Origin: Armatimonadota bacterium
Lineage (GTDB): Bacteria; Armatimonadota; Hebobacteria; CAIYQO01
DNA length: 64,000 nt
Assembly (NCBI GenBank): GCA_038248345.1
Contig: JBBRXO010000004.1
Location: 1-64,000, forward strand
Direction of reading: 5' to 3'
The position numbers and the translations under genes were made by a program. Of this stretch, positions 1-11,057 are shown piece by piece. The notes beneath the pieces were generated by a model, which saw only the letters and a program-made list of their open reading frames with translations, had not been told where the DNA came from and ran no database searches. Numbering within the stretch: position 1 is the stretch's first letter; each line of letters starts with the position of its first letter.

Positions 1-170
1 CTATCACTTCGCTTCGCGCGATGCACAGTGGAAGAGAACTGGGAATGTCGCTAGTCGGTAACGGGTGATATTGACGGCTCAGATAGCCAAAATAGACACG
101 TTCTTTAATATCGGAGCGGTGAAAAACGGGGTTTTTGAGCACGAACGTGCGAGATGGTAGCGGTAGACGG

Positions 171-216
171 ACCAAACAAAAAAGAACGTCTACCCTTGGT
201 ATCGGGTAGACGTTCT
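171..216 (-). terminator. Intrinsic terminator downstream of tRNA-fMet
   Basis: Perfect 13-bp stem AGAACGTCTACCC (183-195) / GGGTAGACGTTCT (204-216), followed on the minus strand by TTTTTGTTT. Confidence 0.85.
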
Positions 217-223
217 CTAATAA

Positions 224-300
<77 letters not shown>

Positions 301-311
301 TCGACTTTCAT

Positions 312-340
312 AGTATCGCATTAATCACTTTTTTTGTCAA
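312..340 (-). promoter_or_regulatory. sigma70-type promoter for tRNA-fMet
   Basis: TTGACA (340-335), 17 nt, then GATACT (317-312) preceded by a TGn extended -10 element, just upstream of the tRNA. Confidence 0.65.
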
Positions 341-363
341 TGGCGATATCTCCTCCGTCGCGA

Positions 364-867
364 TTACATCGGTTGATCTGCTGTTGGCCCATAGATCGAC
401 GGCAACGGCACATCATTTATCCGCAAGTACACCTCCAACTGGGCACGGTGGTGGATTACATGATTGAGGAAGAAGGTGCGCATAACGGCTACGCGCGGCA
501 GGGAGAAAATGACATCAGTACCTGCTAATAGCGTCCAGGTATCCATCATCATCTCATCATCACCGTCCAGCAATGCCGCCCGAGTGGTGGCGACATTTTT
601 ATCGAATAGCTCCAGCAATTCCGCCGCACTACTGGCATTTTTCGCATCTGTATACATTGCATTCGGCGTCATCACATCATAACTATCACCGATCAATGCA
701 TTTCCTCCCATAGAAGGTAACATCGCCAAGTGGGCCGCCAGATGCCCCATCGTGCTCGACTTCTCGTGCGGCTGCCAGCCAAATTTGTCTGCCGGTACCA
801 AGGCTAACACTTTGCGGGTATTTGTCATTTCATTGTCAAACTCACCGAGCATCATCTCTATTAACAT
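364..867 (-). CDS. DinB/YfiT-family protein
   Basis: HLAAHLA and NHVIHHRAQL..YLR motifs, PSIYGP C-terminus; start placed at ATG 867 behind SD GGAGGAGG. Confidence 0.85.
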   Translation of the reverse strand: MLIEMMLGEFDNEMTNTRKVLALVPADKFGWQPHEKSSTMGHLAAHLAMLPSMGGNALIGDSYDVMTPNAMYTDAKNASSAAELLELFDKNVATTRAALLDGDDEMMMDTWTLLAGTDVIFSLPRVAVMRTFFLNHVIHHRAQLEVYLRINDVPLPSIYGPTADQPM

Positions 868-941
868 GTAAATCCTCCTCCTTTCATTTAAACTCATTAT
901 CACATAAGGACTCCAGCTTTAATGTCGCAAATTTAGTACAA

Positions 942-1760
942 TTACCGCATTTTTTGATAGCGTAGCCAATCTGAAAGACGGTCAGTCCAGTTGGCGATAT
1001 ACTCATCATCCGACGCTAGCCCAAAGCCGTGCCCACCATGCTGATAGAGGTGTAGCTCAGCGAGAACCCCATGCTGCCGACATTTCAGATAATATTGCAC
1101 ACTGTTCTCGGCAGGGACGCCATCATCCTCATAGGTATGAACCAGGAAGGTGGGTGGGGTATCTGCCGTCACCTGCTCGTCATTGCTCATTAGCTCGATC
1201 AGCTCCGGTTTTGGATTGTCACCGAGTAAGGCCCAGCGCGAACCGTCATGCGTGAATGGGTCACGCATGGTGATTACCGGGTAGGTAAGGATGGCGAAAT
1301 CCGGGCGGCAACTGACGCGCTCAATCGGGTCAGCAGAAGTAATATCGCCCCCATCGAAATGGGTGGCCGCTGTGGATGCCAGGTGCCCCCCGGCGGAAAA
1401 CCCCCAGACTCCAATGCGGTCTGCTTCTACACCCCACTCTGCAGCACGCGCACGCACGGTTCGGATAGCGCGTAGCACATCATACATCATGGCCGGGTGT
1501 TGATAGCGGGGCCCCAGGCGATATTTGAGGCAAAACGCTGCAATACCCAGGCTATTCAAGTAGATCGCCGGAATATCGCGCTCATGCTCCGCATGTCCCA
1601 GGTAGCCCCCCCCCGGGCAAACTACCACGGCAGTGCCGGTGGCAAGGGCAACTGGTGGAAGCCAGATAGTCAAATCAGGCTGATCCTCCGGCGTATTACC
1701 GATGGCCAGCGGCGCTCCGGCTGGCCAGAGTAAAATGGTCTGTTGTGATTGTTCAGACAT
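942..1760 (-). CDS. Alpha/beta hydrolase (acetyl-xylan esterase / BD-FAE-like)
   Basis: PGGGY oxyanion loop, GFSAGG nucleophile, D in EDDGVP, H in GHGFG. Confidence 0.88.
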   Translation of the reverse strand: MSEQSQQTILLWPAGAPLAIGNTPEDQPDLTIWLPPVALATGTAVVVCPGGGYLGHAEHERDIPAIYLNSLGIAAFCLKYRLGPRYQHPAMMYDVLRAIRTVRARAAEWGVEADRIGVWGFSAGGHLASTAATHFDGGDITSADPIERVSCRPDFAILTYPVITMRDPFTHDGSRWALLGDNPKPELIELMSNDEQVTADTPPTFLVHTYEDDGVPAENSVQYYLKCRQHGVLAELHLYQHGGHGFGLASDDEYIANWTDRLSDWLRYQKMR

Positions 1761-1936
1761 TTAATGAGTATTCCTTTGTCGTTATATGCACCATATTCTA
1801 ATTGGTTTCGGCACGATCAAGCAAATTCCTCGCACATGACAAAAAATAGTTTCATAATAGCAACTTGAACATACACAAAAAATGCGGATTTGTGCGGTAT
1901 AATGAAATATATCCTACGGGAGACAAGGAGAAAGGT

Positions 1937-2329
1937 ATGGAATTACATCATGTGGGGATAGTCGTTGACAGCCTAGCGGAGGCGATTCCGCTTTTTGAGG
2001 TGTGGTTCGGCGCACAGCGCTATGGGGAAGTGATCGAGGATGAGTGCCAGGGGGCACGCATCCAACTTTTCCTCATGGAAAATTATACACTGTTGGAGGT
2101 AGTGGAAGCGTTACCGGGAGGAAATTTTCACCGCTCGGGTGAGTTCCACCTGTGCTTCACTGTGCCAGATATCGACGAAGAGATGCGCAGAATGCATGAC
2201 TTGGGAGCGGTGGTGAGCCACCCGACGATAAATGCTGCGCATTTCGACAACCGGCGGATGGCCTTCGTAGCGACGCAGAGCGGACAATTAGTAGAACTGC
2301 TGGAATCTTCAATAACACCGATGCAATAA
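1937..2329 (+). CDS. VOC/glyoxalase-family protein (methylmalonyl-CoA epimerase-like)
   Basis: LHHVGIVV, HLCFTV.DI, LVELLE metal-binding pattern; SD AAGGAG upstream of ATG 1937. Confidence 0.8.
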   Translation: MELHHVGIVVDSLAEAIPLFEVWFGAQRYGEVIEDECQGARIQLFLMENYTLLEVVEALPGGNFHRSGEFHLCFTVPDIDEEMRRMHDLGAVVSHPTINAAHFDNRRMAFVATQSGQLVELLESSITPMQ

Positions 2330-2456
2330 GAAATGCCCCACTGAAAAAATTCAATAAGTATGGTCTGCCGCAATTTACTGAATCGTAACTACATCTTAAG
2401 CTATATGTGGTAAAATATACTGATAATGGAATAGAAATATCTTCAGAAGATAGAAG

Positions 2457-5400
2457 GTGGGATGCATGCTGAACGTAAACGATGATAACGAGCAGAAAGT
2501 AGCCGCAACTTTGCGTAGAGTTGTTGTTATTACTACTTGGATAACGGTAATTATTGGCGGAATAGCATTGCTGGGTTGGTTACTGGGCATCCCAATTCTC
2601 GCTTCGTTTTTCAATGGGACAAAGGCTGTTGCTCCTAGTGTCGCGATCATATTAATAATCTATGCCGTAATCCTGCTAAATCTTAACAACTGGCGGCCCG
2701 CTACCCGCACTGCACTTACGACGATGGTAGGCCTTATTATATTATTCACATCTGCAGAACTGGCTTCTTTATTCATGCGAAGTTACTGGTCGCCAGAGTG
2801 GGCATTATTACAGCAAATACCGGCGCTAGCTCATACGAATGCACGCATCTCCCCCATTGCAGCAATTCTTAGTATTACCATTGGCTTTATGATTATAATG
2901 CTGCTAATGAATATCCAACAGCGGGTTCTTCGACATATCCCCGGTTGGTTGGGGTTAATTGGGTTAGTATCAAGCTTCACCTTCATGTTGGGCTACTTGT
3001 ATGGAGCGCCATTTCTATACGGCAGCGCTATCATTCCTATCGCCTTTCCTGCCACACTTGGTTTTTTGCTGTTGAGTATTGCCGCGATAGTCTCCACTGG
3101 CCTGGAGCACCAACCATTACGGTGGCTGGTTGGACGTTCAAAGAGTGTGCGCATACTACGTGTCTTTCTCCCCTTCACAATCATGGCTATTCTCACTGTT
3201 GACCTAGTGGAGACTTATCTTGGCCAGCGATTTTACCTTAATAATGCGTTACTTTCCGCGTTATTCTCTATCGGTTTCGCTGGGTTAGCCGCCCTGCTGA
3301 TCTCGTTTATCTCACGTAATGTTGGTGATAAACTGGAGGATGCAGAACGTGAACTGCTGGCAGAGCAAGAGCGCTGGCGCGTGACGGTACGTTCTATCGG
3401 CGACGCTGTCATCGCGACTGATCCAGAAGCCAAGGTAACCATGATGAATAGCGTGGCCGAGGAGCTCACCGGCTGGCCGGAGGCCGATGCAATGGGCCAC
3501 CATATCACGGAAGTCTTTAATATCATTAATGAAACCACTCGAAAAGTATGCACTAACCCGATAGCTGAAGTGCTGCGCCAGGGTAAGATCGTTGGACTGG
3601 CCAACCACACTGTATTGATTGCACGCGATGGTACCGAATATTGCATCGCCGACAGTGGCTCGCCGATAAGAGATGCTCACGAACAGATTATCGGGGTAGT
3701 GCTGGTCTTTCGCAATGTAACCGAGGAAAGATATGCGGACATCGTTTTACAAGCCAGCCAGGAACAATTCAGACGTGCCGTCATCAACGCCCCGATACCA
3801 ATTATGCTACACGCCGAAAATGGAGAAGTGATAGCAATCAGCGATGTGTGGACCGAGATTACCGGGTACACGCTGGCCGATATCCCCACCACAGCAGCAT
3901 GGACAGAACGCGCATACGGAATAAACAAACATCTGGTGATGGAAGACATTGAAGCGCTATATTCAATGCATGGCAGGAAAAACGAAGGCGAATACAAAGT
4001 AACCACCGCTGATAGCGAGACACGGGTATGGGATTTTAATTCGGCCAGCGTCGGCAACATGCCTGATGGGCGACGCCTGGCGATCTCCATGGCACGCGAT
4101 GTTACCGAGAAGAAAGATGCCGAAGCACAGCAAGTATTTACGCAGCAATTACTCACATTCCTCAACTCTCCGATACCCGATGATGAGCAGATCCCCTCAT
4201 TGGTTCAGATGCTAAAGAAATTCACCGGCATTGCTGCAACTGGCTTACGCATGCAGCATAACGACGACTATCCCTATTATTATACAGAGGGGTTTTCGGA
4301 CGAATTTATTGCCAGTGAGAATTCTATCTGTTGTTACAATGCCAACGGCCAGGCTATATGCGATGAAAGCGGAAAGGCAACGCTGGAGTGTCTATGCGCC
4401 AGCGTGTTGCAGCATCAAGCCTTACCAGGATTGCGCGGATGCTTTACCACTGCAGGAACCTTCTGGACTAATAATCTGCCGGAATTGTTAGCTTCTACCC
4501 CGGCGAGCGAGCAGCCAGCCCACTTACGCGGGTCTTGTCCTGCCTATTACAGATCCGTCGCGCTTATTCCAATATATAGCGGCGGCCAAACCATTGGCCT
4601 GCTGCAACTGAATGACCCTCAACCGAATTTTTTCACACTGAAGGATATCAAATTTTTAGAGGAGATCAGTACAACAATCGGTATTGCCATTACGCGTCGT
4701 CGCGCAAATATTGCGTTACAGGAATCAGAACAGCATTTCCGTCTGCTCTATGAGAATTCCCCTGTCAGTTACCAGTCGTTAGATATTGATGGTAATTTCT
4801 TCGATCTGAATGACTCATGGTTATCATTGCTGGGGTATCAACGCGATGAAGTCATTGGCCACTGGCTCGGTGAGTTTCTGGTTCGCGAGCAGCAGGAGTT
4901 ATTCCGGCAGCGTTTTCCACGTTTCAAAGAGTTGGGCAAGGTGACTGAGGTAGAGTTTGATTTCATCTGCAAAGATGGTCATGTCATAAACACCAGCATA
5001 GATGGCCGCATCGGCCATGATACAAATGGAGAGTTCAAGCAAACGCATTGCGTGATCCACAATATTACCGGGCGTAAACAGAATGAAGATCTGATAAAAA
5101 GAGAACGCGACCAGGCGAAGATGTATCTGGATATTGCCGCAGTGATGATCGGCACACTGGATTGCCTGGGCAATATTACCATGCTCAATCAACGTGGCTG
5201 CCAGATATTGGGATATGATGAAGATGAGTTGCTCGGGAAAAGCTGGTTTGAAACATGCGTACCTGCTGAGCAACGCGAAATGGTTGAATCTTTATTTCAT
5301 GATATAGTCAGGGGAAATAGACCAATAAGCGATGTCTACGAAAATCAGGTGATAACCCGCACCGGCGAACGCCGGTTGGTATTCTTTCAAAACACAGCTA

Positions 5401-6644
5401 TCACCTACGGTACCGAGAGAATTCTGGGGCTTTTATTCTCCGGTGAGGACATAACGGAGCGAACCAATGCCGAGGAACAATTGCGGCAGGCGACCAAAAT
5501 GGAGTCGATAGGACGTCTTGCTGGCGGTGTAGCACATGACTTCAACAATATTCTCACCGGGATATTCGGGATGACCCAACTCGCCCAGATGAAGACGCCA
5601 CCGGAATCTCCTCTTCAAACAGATCTGGCTGACATCATGAAGCTGAGCGAACGTGCTGCCAATCTAACCCGGCAACTGCTCACCTTCAGCCGTCGTCAAC
5701 CCATCACCCCACAATCATTAGATATCAACGAGCTGATCACCAATGCCATGAAGATGTTAGAGCGTCTTATCGGCGAGGACGTCACTTTCAGCTTCATCCC
5801 GAAAGCAAAACCGGCGACCACTTGTGTTGACGTAGGGCAGATAGAGCAATTGCTGATGAATCTGGCGATTAATGCACGCGACGCCATGCCGCAAGGAGGC
5901 AGCCTGACAATTACCACCGAAAATACTTTCCTGGATGATAGCTTTGCCTCCTCCCGCATGGGTGTTGTGGTTGGAGAATACCTTCAAATCACCGTTACAG
6001 ATACCGGAGAAGGGATGGACTTGGAAACACAAGAACGTATCTTTGAGCCATTCTTCACTACCAAGGAGGTGGGTAAAGGTACGGGATTGGGGCTGGCCAC
6101 GGTATATGGAATCGTAAAACAGCATAAAGGCAATATCTGGGTCTATAGCGAAAAAGGGCTCGGTACCACGTTTAAAATATACCTGCCTTTTTATAATACA
6201 AACGAGAACGAAGATGGGAGCTTAATAAAACATCCCGTTATCTCAACGATTCCAGAGCGCGGCAATGAGAGAATACTGCTGGTGGAAGATGAGGATTCTG
6301 TGCGGAAAGTCGCACGGCGGATACTGGAAGATAATGGCTATAATGTTCAGGTGGCCTCTTCGGCGGATGAAGCAGAAGAACTCTTTAGCTTGCCTGATAT
6401 CCATTTTGACTTACTCCTCACCGACGTCATCATGCCCAGGCGTTCAGGTATTGAATTGTATCGGGTATTGAAGGAAGTCGAGCCGCAATTGAAGGTTCTC
6501 TTCATGTCTGGCTACAGTGTCTTCAACCTGCAGGAAACGTTGATACCATCGTTCGACGCCATTCTATTACAAAAACCGTTCACCCGCGAAAGCCTGCTCA
6601 ATCGCGTGCGGGTAATACTTGATGGAGAATCAAATCAAGTTTAA
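2457..6644 (+). CDS. Membrane hybrid sensor histidine kinase (multi-TM, PAS domains, GAF, HisKA, HATPase, REC)
   Basis: [13 protein letters not shown]-box, [11 protein letters not shown]-box, [17 protein letters not shown]-boxes, C-terminal receiver (LVEDE, LTDVIMP, QKPF); PAS motifs such as [10 protein letters not shown]. Confidence 0.93.
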   Translation: MGCMLNVNDDNEQKVAATLRRVVVITTWITVIIGGIALLGWLLGIPILASFFNGTKAVAPSVAIILIIYAVILLNLNNWRPATRTALTTMVGLIILFTSAELASLFMRSYWSPEWALLQQIPALAHTNARISPIAAILSITIGFMIIMLLMNIQQRVLRHIPGWLGLIGLVSSFTFMLGYLYGAPFLYGSAIIPIAFPATLGFLLLSIAAIVSTGLEHQPLRWLVGRSKSVRILRVFLPFTIMAILTVDLVETYLGQRFYLNNALLSALFSIGFAGLAALLISFISRNVGDKLEDAERELLAEQERWRVTVRSIGDAVIATDPEAKVTMMNSVAEELTGWPEADAMGHHITEVFNIINETTRKVCTNPIAEVLRQGKIVGLANHTVLIARDGTEYCIADSGSPIRDAHEQIIGVVLVFRNVTEERYADIVLQASQEQFRRAVINAPIPIMLHAENGEVIAISDVWTEITGYTLADIPTTAAWTERAYGINKHLVMEDIEALYSMHGRKNEGEYKVTTADSETRVWDFNSASVGNMPDGRRLAISMARDVTEKKDAEAQQVFTQQLLTFLNSPIPDDEQIPSLVQMLKKFTGIAATGLRMQHNDDYPYYYTEGFSDEFIASENSICCYNANGQAICDESGKATLECLCASVLQHQALPGLRGCFTTAGTFWTNNLPELLASTPASEQPAHLRGSCPAYYRSVALIPIYSGGQTIGLLQLNDPQPNFFTLKDIKFLEEISTTIGIAITRRRANIALQESEQHFRLLYENSPVSYQSLDIDGNFFDLNDSWLSLLGYQRDEVIGHWLGEFLVREQQELFRQRFPRFKELGKVTEVEFDFICKDGHVINTSIDGRIGHDTNGEFKQTHCVIHNITGRKQNEDLIKRERDQAKMYLDIAAVMIGTLDCLGNITMLNQRGCQILGYDEDELLGKSWFETCVPAEQREMVESLFHDIVRGNRPISDVYENQVITRTGERRLVFFQNTAITYGTERILGLLFSGEDITERTNAEEQLRQATKMESIGRLAGGVAHDFNNILTGIFGMTQLAQMKTPPESPLQTDLADIMKLSERAANLTRQLLTFSRRQPITPQSLDINELITNAMKMLERLIGEDVTFSFIPKAKPATTCVDVGQIEQLLMNLAINARDAMPQGGSLTITTENTFLDDSFASSRMGVVVGEYLQITVTDTGEGMDLETQERIFEPFFTTKEVGKGTGLGLATVYGIVKQHKGNIWVYSEKGLGTTFKIYLPFYNTNENEDGSLIKHPVISTIPERGNERILLVEDEDSVRKVARRILEDNGYNVQVASSADEAEELFSLPDIHFDLLLTDVIMPRRSGIELYRVLKEVEPQLKVLFMSGYSVFNLQETLIPSFDAILLQKPFTRESLLNRVRVILDGESNQV

Positions 6645-6712
6645 GCACTGTGGCGCCTGTCATATAACTGTTCAGAGTTAACAGCATATCTAAGCTGATG
6701 CGTTGTAAAACC

Positions 6713-6850
6713 TAACCCCACCCCTTTCCCTCTGATGGAAGGGGGTGGGGTTAAATCAGACCTGGGGCGGTGCCCTAGGGACTGATTGGATGCAAAACAT
6801 CAAACCGAAGGGTTTTGCAATTAGCTCAAGGAACTGATTTTTGAGGCTAA
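6713..6850. repeat. Cluster of four adjacent inverted repeats (terminator / REP-like)
   Basis: Stems at 6713-6753 (17 bp), 6754-6787, 6791-6819 and 6821-6850 read directly from the sequence. Confidence 0.7.
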
Positions 6851-6898
6851 ATGTACTGAAGATGCAACGCTACTGACTGACTGAAGAAAGGGGCTATT

Positions 6899-6961
6899 AT
6901 GAAAGTGCTAGGCGTCACCTGGACGGAATTTACCGAATTGACACCCCAAATTGAAGTATGA
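6899..6961 (+). pseudogene. 20-codon ORF, probable 5' remnant of a creatininase-family gene
   Basis: SD AAAGGGG then MKVLGVTWTEFTELTPQIEV*; the TWxEF pattern resembles creatininase N-termini (recalled similarity, unverified). Confidence 0.4.
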
Positions 6962-6974
6962 ATGGAGGATTACA

Positions 6975-8012
6975 ATGCAAACCAAGCAAGTTATCATTAC
7001 TGCGCCCGAGAAAGTGAGCCTGGTCGACATCGATGTTGATGCGTGCCTGCAACCCGAAGAATTTCTAGTGACGAAAGAATATTCATTTATCAGCGCCGGT
7101 ACGGAATTGTCTATATATACCGGTGTCGAGCCACTCGCGCACATCCCCGGTAGTTGGTGCGCCTATCCCTGCGTCCGGGGTACGCCGCCGTAGGCATAGT
7201 CCACTCGGTCGGAACCGCAGTCACGCGGGTGCAGGTAGGACAGCGGGTCTTTACCTGTGGTCCTCACGCGGGCATGGTGAAAGGGAGCCAGCACGGAATG
7301 GTCGCCGTGGTGCCGAATGCTATCGACCCGGGAATAGCGGCCTCCTCACGTTTGGCGAGTATCGCCTGTTCCGCAGCAGTGATGGCCGATATCGGCTGGA
7401 ATGCCTGGGTGACCGTCTTTGGGTTGGGCATGGTGGGAAATCTGGCGGCACAAATCTTCCGCATTCTCGGCGCGCGCGTCATCGGTGTCGACCCCATGGC
7501 CTCGCGTCGCGAAGTGGCGTCACGCTGCGGCATTGAGCACACAGGTTAGCGGTTCGCCGGAAGAAGTTCGCGCTACGATCCTGGAGATTACACATGGCCA
7601 ACTGCCTGATATTACCGTAGACGCCAGCGGCCTCACGCCGGTCATTATGCAAGCCGTAGACCTGACCGCCAATCTTGGACAAATTATCCTGTTGGGTAGT
7701 CCACGGCAATCCTACCAGGGTGACCTGACACGGTTACTTTCCGAAATTCATCTCCGTAACCTGACCATGCGCGGCGCACTTGAATGGATTCTGCCGGAGT
7801 ACCCACCGACGGCAACCTTTGGCAATAAAGCCTTGCCGGTTCTCTCCCATGTCGAAAAACAACAGATATTATTCTCCTGGATTGATAAGGGGCAATTGAA
7901 TCTGGAGCCGCTGATCTCGCACCGAATCACCCCGGATGCGATTCAATAAGCGTATGAGGGCTTATGGCGCAACCAGTCCGAGTATATTGGGGTGGCGCTG
8001 GATTGGCGCTAA
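6975..8012 (+). pseudogene. Zinc-binding/MDR dehydrogenase pseudogene
   Basis: SD GGAGG + ATG 6975; ISAGTE, PGYAAVG and GLGMVG motifs spread over three ORF segments; frameshifts near 7168 and 7545; in-frame TAA at 7947-7949 followed by AYEGL...GVALDWR*. Confidence 0.88.
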
Positions 8013-8087
8013 ATAGGACTTCGACTTTAAGCGCTGTGTGACTTGCCATAGGCGCGAACGACAGAAGTAAACCCAATAGATAATGAT

Positions 8088-8140
8088 TGACCCTGCAAGG
8101 CTGGTGCGGTATCAAACCAGTCACCACCCCTGCAGGGTCA
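8088..8140. terminator. Hairpin between convergent genes
   Basis: TGACCCTGCA (8088-8097) / TGCAGGGTCA (8131-8140) with an inner CTGGT/ACCAG stem. Confidence 0.5.
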
Positions 8141-8173
8141 TTTCATTCTCTTCCTTGTCTACTCACGACCAGC

Positions 8174-10057
8174 TTATTTCATCGCTGGCACTGGTTTACT
8201 ATTCATAGAAGAAAACATCTTCACGAACTTCCCTACCATATCACTAACGAAAGATATCTGCTCTGCTGGTATCAGCATCTCGCCGTACATCTGTCCGTCT
8301 TTGATCTGGGTATAAGCGACGATGTTATTGATCTGCGGTTTAAAGTCCTGTAGCATCTTCTGGCCCATTGCCTTAGGTTCCGCCGCCTCAGCAGGTAGTA
8401 TGCTCACCAGCACATTTGCCATATCCAGTGTGCTCATCGTCTGAAAACTCATGGCGCCCGCCGGAGCATATTTCTTTAAGGCCTGATAGTGGGGTGTGGA
8501 AGCGAAGCCTTGCGTTCGTAAGCGTGCACGATTGATAATGTCATCGACAATCTCTTTCCCATTCGGTCCCATTACAACAATCATGCGATCATCCTGGAAG
8601 GCAATGGTGGCGTAATTCCGGTAAACCTCTTTGTATTTTCCCCCACCCATCATGTTATCAACATCAGCTTGATTCCCCCCTAGATCGGGCGGCAGTGCCA
8701 ATGTATTATTCTTTACTTTGGTGCTGATAATTATCGTCGCTTCGTCTACAATTGTATTTGTATCGTCAAGCATCCCGTTGGTATATTCTATATCCAACAA
8801 CTTACTGACCATACCTGCCATTGCGCCATCTTTTAATCTGATTAACTGGGCAGTGAAGTCGCGGACGGCAGTTTGTGCTTCAGTGGAATCAGCAATTTTA
8901 CAGATACTAACCATATTGACGACGCCTTTTTTGTTTGGATTAGTAATTCCCACGCCGCCGCCATTTTCACACAACGCCATAACGCGCTTAAGCGAAGTTC
9001 CGAATGCCTCTGCCTGGTTAGCTTCTGTTGCGAAGCCCAGCATTGGCGTTACAAGCGTGTCAAATAGTTGATCGGTCATCTCATTCAGACCTTCGGGAGA
9101 AAGCGTCTGCGCCGAGTACATAGCCAGGTCTTTCGGCATTGCGGCGGCAATTGCATCGGGAACTTTCAGCTCCGCTGCTGTCGGATTGAAAGCGACCAGT
9201 GAATTGGCAAAGTCACTACCAGCAGTAGGGATCACGTATGTCTCCATCGACATATCATTGCCCTTTACTGTGAAGCCTATCTCAGCACGGTCTAATTGCT
9301 TACCTACTTGTTGTTGGTACGCCATCACCGGAGCGAAGACCATCGCCATAGACCCTAGATCACCCAGGCCGTTCATAGGATTCACTGGCTGATTCTTCAT
9401 CGAGCTTACCATCACTACATCGCAGGTACTAATAATTGGCTGGTCGAATTTTACCATCAGTTTATTGGGATTATTGATGGGTACATTGCCCATATTCAGT
9501 ACACAATAGTTGTTTGGCATATCACACATGGAAATTTTATTGGCTAGTTCGGGGATATTTTCTGCGATCTGCATGAAAAGAGCTTGATCAGTTACAGGTA
9601 GCAAAACATAAACCGGAATCCCGCCCATCGGCTTCATTGGCCTGATTGGCATTCTAACTGGAGTTTTGGCTCCCATGTCATAATTTTCCATCGCTTCCTG
9701 GTACTGGGCCATCCGGTCTTCGTAAGCGACTATCTCATCGTCTGTCGGGGGGATGGTCGGCATCGTAAGAAACCAGAATTCGCCATTCCCATTCAAACCC
9801 GGCATAGTCAGAAATTTCGTTACCTGTGCGTCGATGGCAGGGATCTTCGCCTTGTCTGCGGCAGACATGGGGGGCAAGTTGTCGGTTACGGTTTTAGTGA
9901 ACATATCCACTATCGGCTTATAAGCAGTCCGTAGTTTCAACGGATTTTTGATTCTCACGGCCATTACTGCCTGACTGGTGGCAATGACCGGTACATCCTG
10001 CGCCCATACTGTTGCGATGGTCGCCAGGCAAAGTAGAAATGGTACCAAACGTCGCAT
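8174..10057 (-). CDS. Secreted/periplasmic hypothetical protein (627 aa)
   Basis: Long ORF, SD AAGGAGG, signal peptide MRRLVPFLLCLATIATVWA; no recognised catalytic motif. Confidence 0.8.
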   Translation of the reverse strand: MRRLVPFLLCLATIATVWAQDVPVIATSQAVMAVRIKNPLKLRTAYKPIVDMFTKTVTDNLPPMSAADKAKIPAIDAQVTKFLTMPGLNGNGEFWFLTMPTIPPTDDEIVAYEDRMAQYQEAMENYDMGAKTPVRMPIRPMKPMGGIPVYVLLPVTDQALFMQIAENIPELANKISMCDMPNNYCVLNMGNVPINNPNKLMVKFDQPIISTCDVVMVSSMKNQPVNPMNGLGDLGSMAMVFAPVMAYQQQVGKQLDRAEIGFTVKGNDMSMETYVIPTAGSDFANSLVAFNPTAAELKVPDAIAAAMPKDLAMYSAQTLSPEGLNEMTDQLFDTLVTPMLGFATEANQAEAFGTSLKRVMALCENGGGVGITNPNKKGVVNMVSICKIADSTEAQTAVRDFTAQLIRLKDGAMAGMVSKLLDIEYTNGMLDDTNTIVDEATIIISTKVKNNTLALPPDLGGNQADVDNMMGGGKYKEVYRNYATIAFQDDRMIVVMGPNGKEIVDDIINRARLRTQGFASTPHYQALKKYAPAGAMSFQTMSTLDMANVLVSILPAEAAEPKAMGQKMLQDFKPQINNIVAYTQIKDGQMYGEMLIPAEQISFVSDMVGKFVKMFSSMNSKPVPAMK

Positions 10058-10139
10058 AGTGTCCTCCTTAAAGTTGATCTTTCTTTAGCAAATCTAAAGA
10101 TTACCACGCTGAACTGCGTGATAATAAAAATATTATACC

Positions 10140-11036
10140 TCAGGAATTAGTAATGCGCGAGCGCGGATTGCGTAGAAACTTACCAATTGATAACAAACTA
10201 CCGATAAGACCCAGACAAACACCCGCTATAAGTATCACTATCGCTCCCTGCGTCAGCTGTGCAGAATGGCTTAGCAGGGAATATTTGTAATTAGACTGGA
10301 TGCTGCTGACGAGAAAGCTATACATAGGCGATAGCATTGCCAGCGCAAAAATCGCTCCCAGCAAACCGTATATCATCCCCTCCAACAAGAAAGGTGTGGC
10401 CACAGTAGCCGGGGTGGCCCCCACTAACGACATAATATTGATCTCTTTGCGTCGGGCATACAGGGTAAGCTCAATAGTGTGGTGGATGATTACCAGCGAG
10501 AGGATTGTTAGTATTATGCCGATTATCAACCCAATCTGCGAGACGGATCGGCGAGCATTAATGAGCATCCCTTCAATCTCGTTATTATTATTCACCGAAT
10601 TAACCTGCGGCCAGGATGTCATCTCTTTTTTCAAAGCAGGTAGTTGGGTCAGCTGTTTCGCTTTCACGTCAATGCGGTCGGGGTACGGCGTCTCATCGCC
10701 AATCGCTGCCTTCCAGTCCGGGTGCTCTTCAGTTTCTTTCGCCCACGCCTCTTCCTTGGTTATAAGTACCGCGTTCTCTACGGTGGGCATACTCTGGATA
10801 CGTAATAGCAGCTTCTGTGCATCAGCACGGTTGAGCGTCGGCTGACAATAGACACTGAAACGCACACGGTCAATAGCGCTATCCACCGCACTACCAGCAT
10901 TAAGAATGGCCAGGCCGACCATGCCAGCGACAAAAAGCGCAGCCGCTACGCAAATAGCTGCGGCAAATGCCATCGCCGGGTGGCGCCGGATGCTCATGAT
11001 GGTCTCTGATATAAAAAATTCCAGTCGGGATATCAT
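10140..11036 (-). CDS. ftsX: Cell division permease FtsX
   Basis: 4-TM topology, TIELTLYARRKEINIMSLVGAT...PFLLEG motif, directly downstream of ftsE. Confidence 0.93.
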   Translation of the reverse strand: MISRLEFFISETIMSIRRHPAMAFAAAICVAAALFVAGMVGLAILNAGSAVDSAIDRVRFSVYCQPTLNRADAQKLLLRIQSMPTVENAVLITKEEAWAKETEEHPDWKAAIGDETPYPDRIDVKAKQLTQLPALKKEMTSWPQVNSVNNNNEIEGMLINARRSVSQIGLIIGIILTILSLVIIHHTIELTLYARRKEINIMSLVGATPATVATPFLLEGMIYGLLGAIFALAMLSPMYSFLVSSIQSNYKYSLLSHSAQLTQGAIVILIAGVCLGLIGSLLSIGKFLRNPRSRITNS

Positions 11037-11057
11037 ATGTATAATTCCGATGACGTA

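Noticed and set aside
154..163. ATGGTAGCGG duplicating the tRNA 3' end (223-232), possible att site
   Set aside because: Only 10 bp, about 70 nt from the tRNA, and no integrase visible; cannot be judged at the window edge
7123..7949. Programmed frameshifting or read-through to explain the split dehydrogenase
   Set aside because: Three separate lesions and no slippery heptamer or recoding signal; gene decay is the simpler explanation
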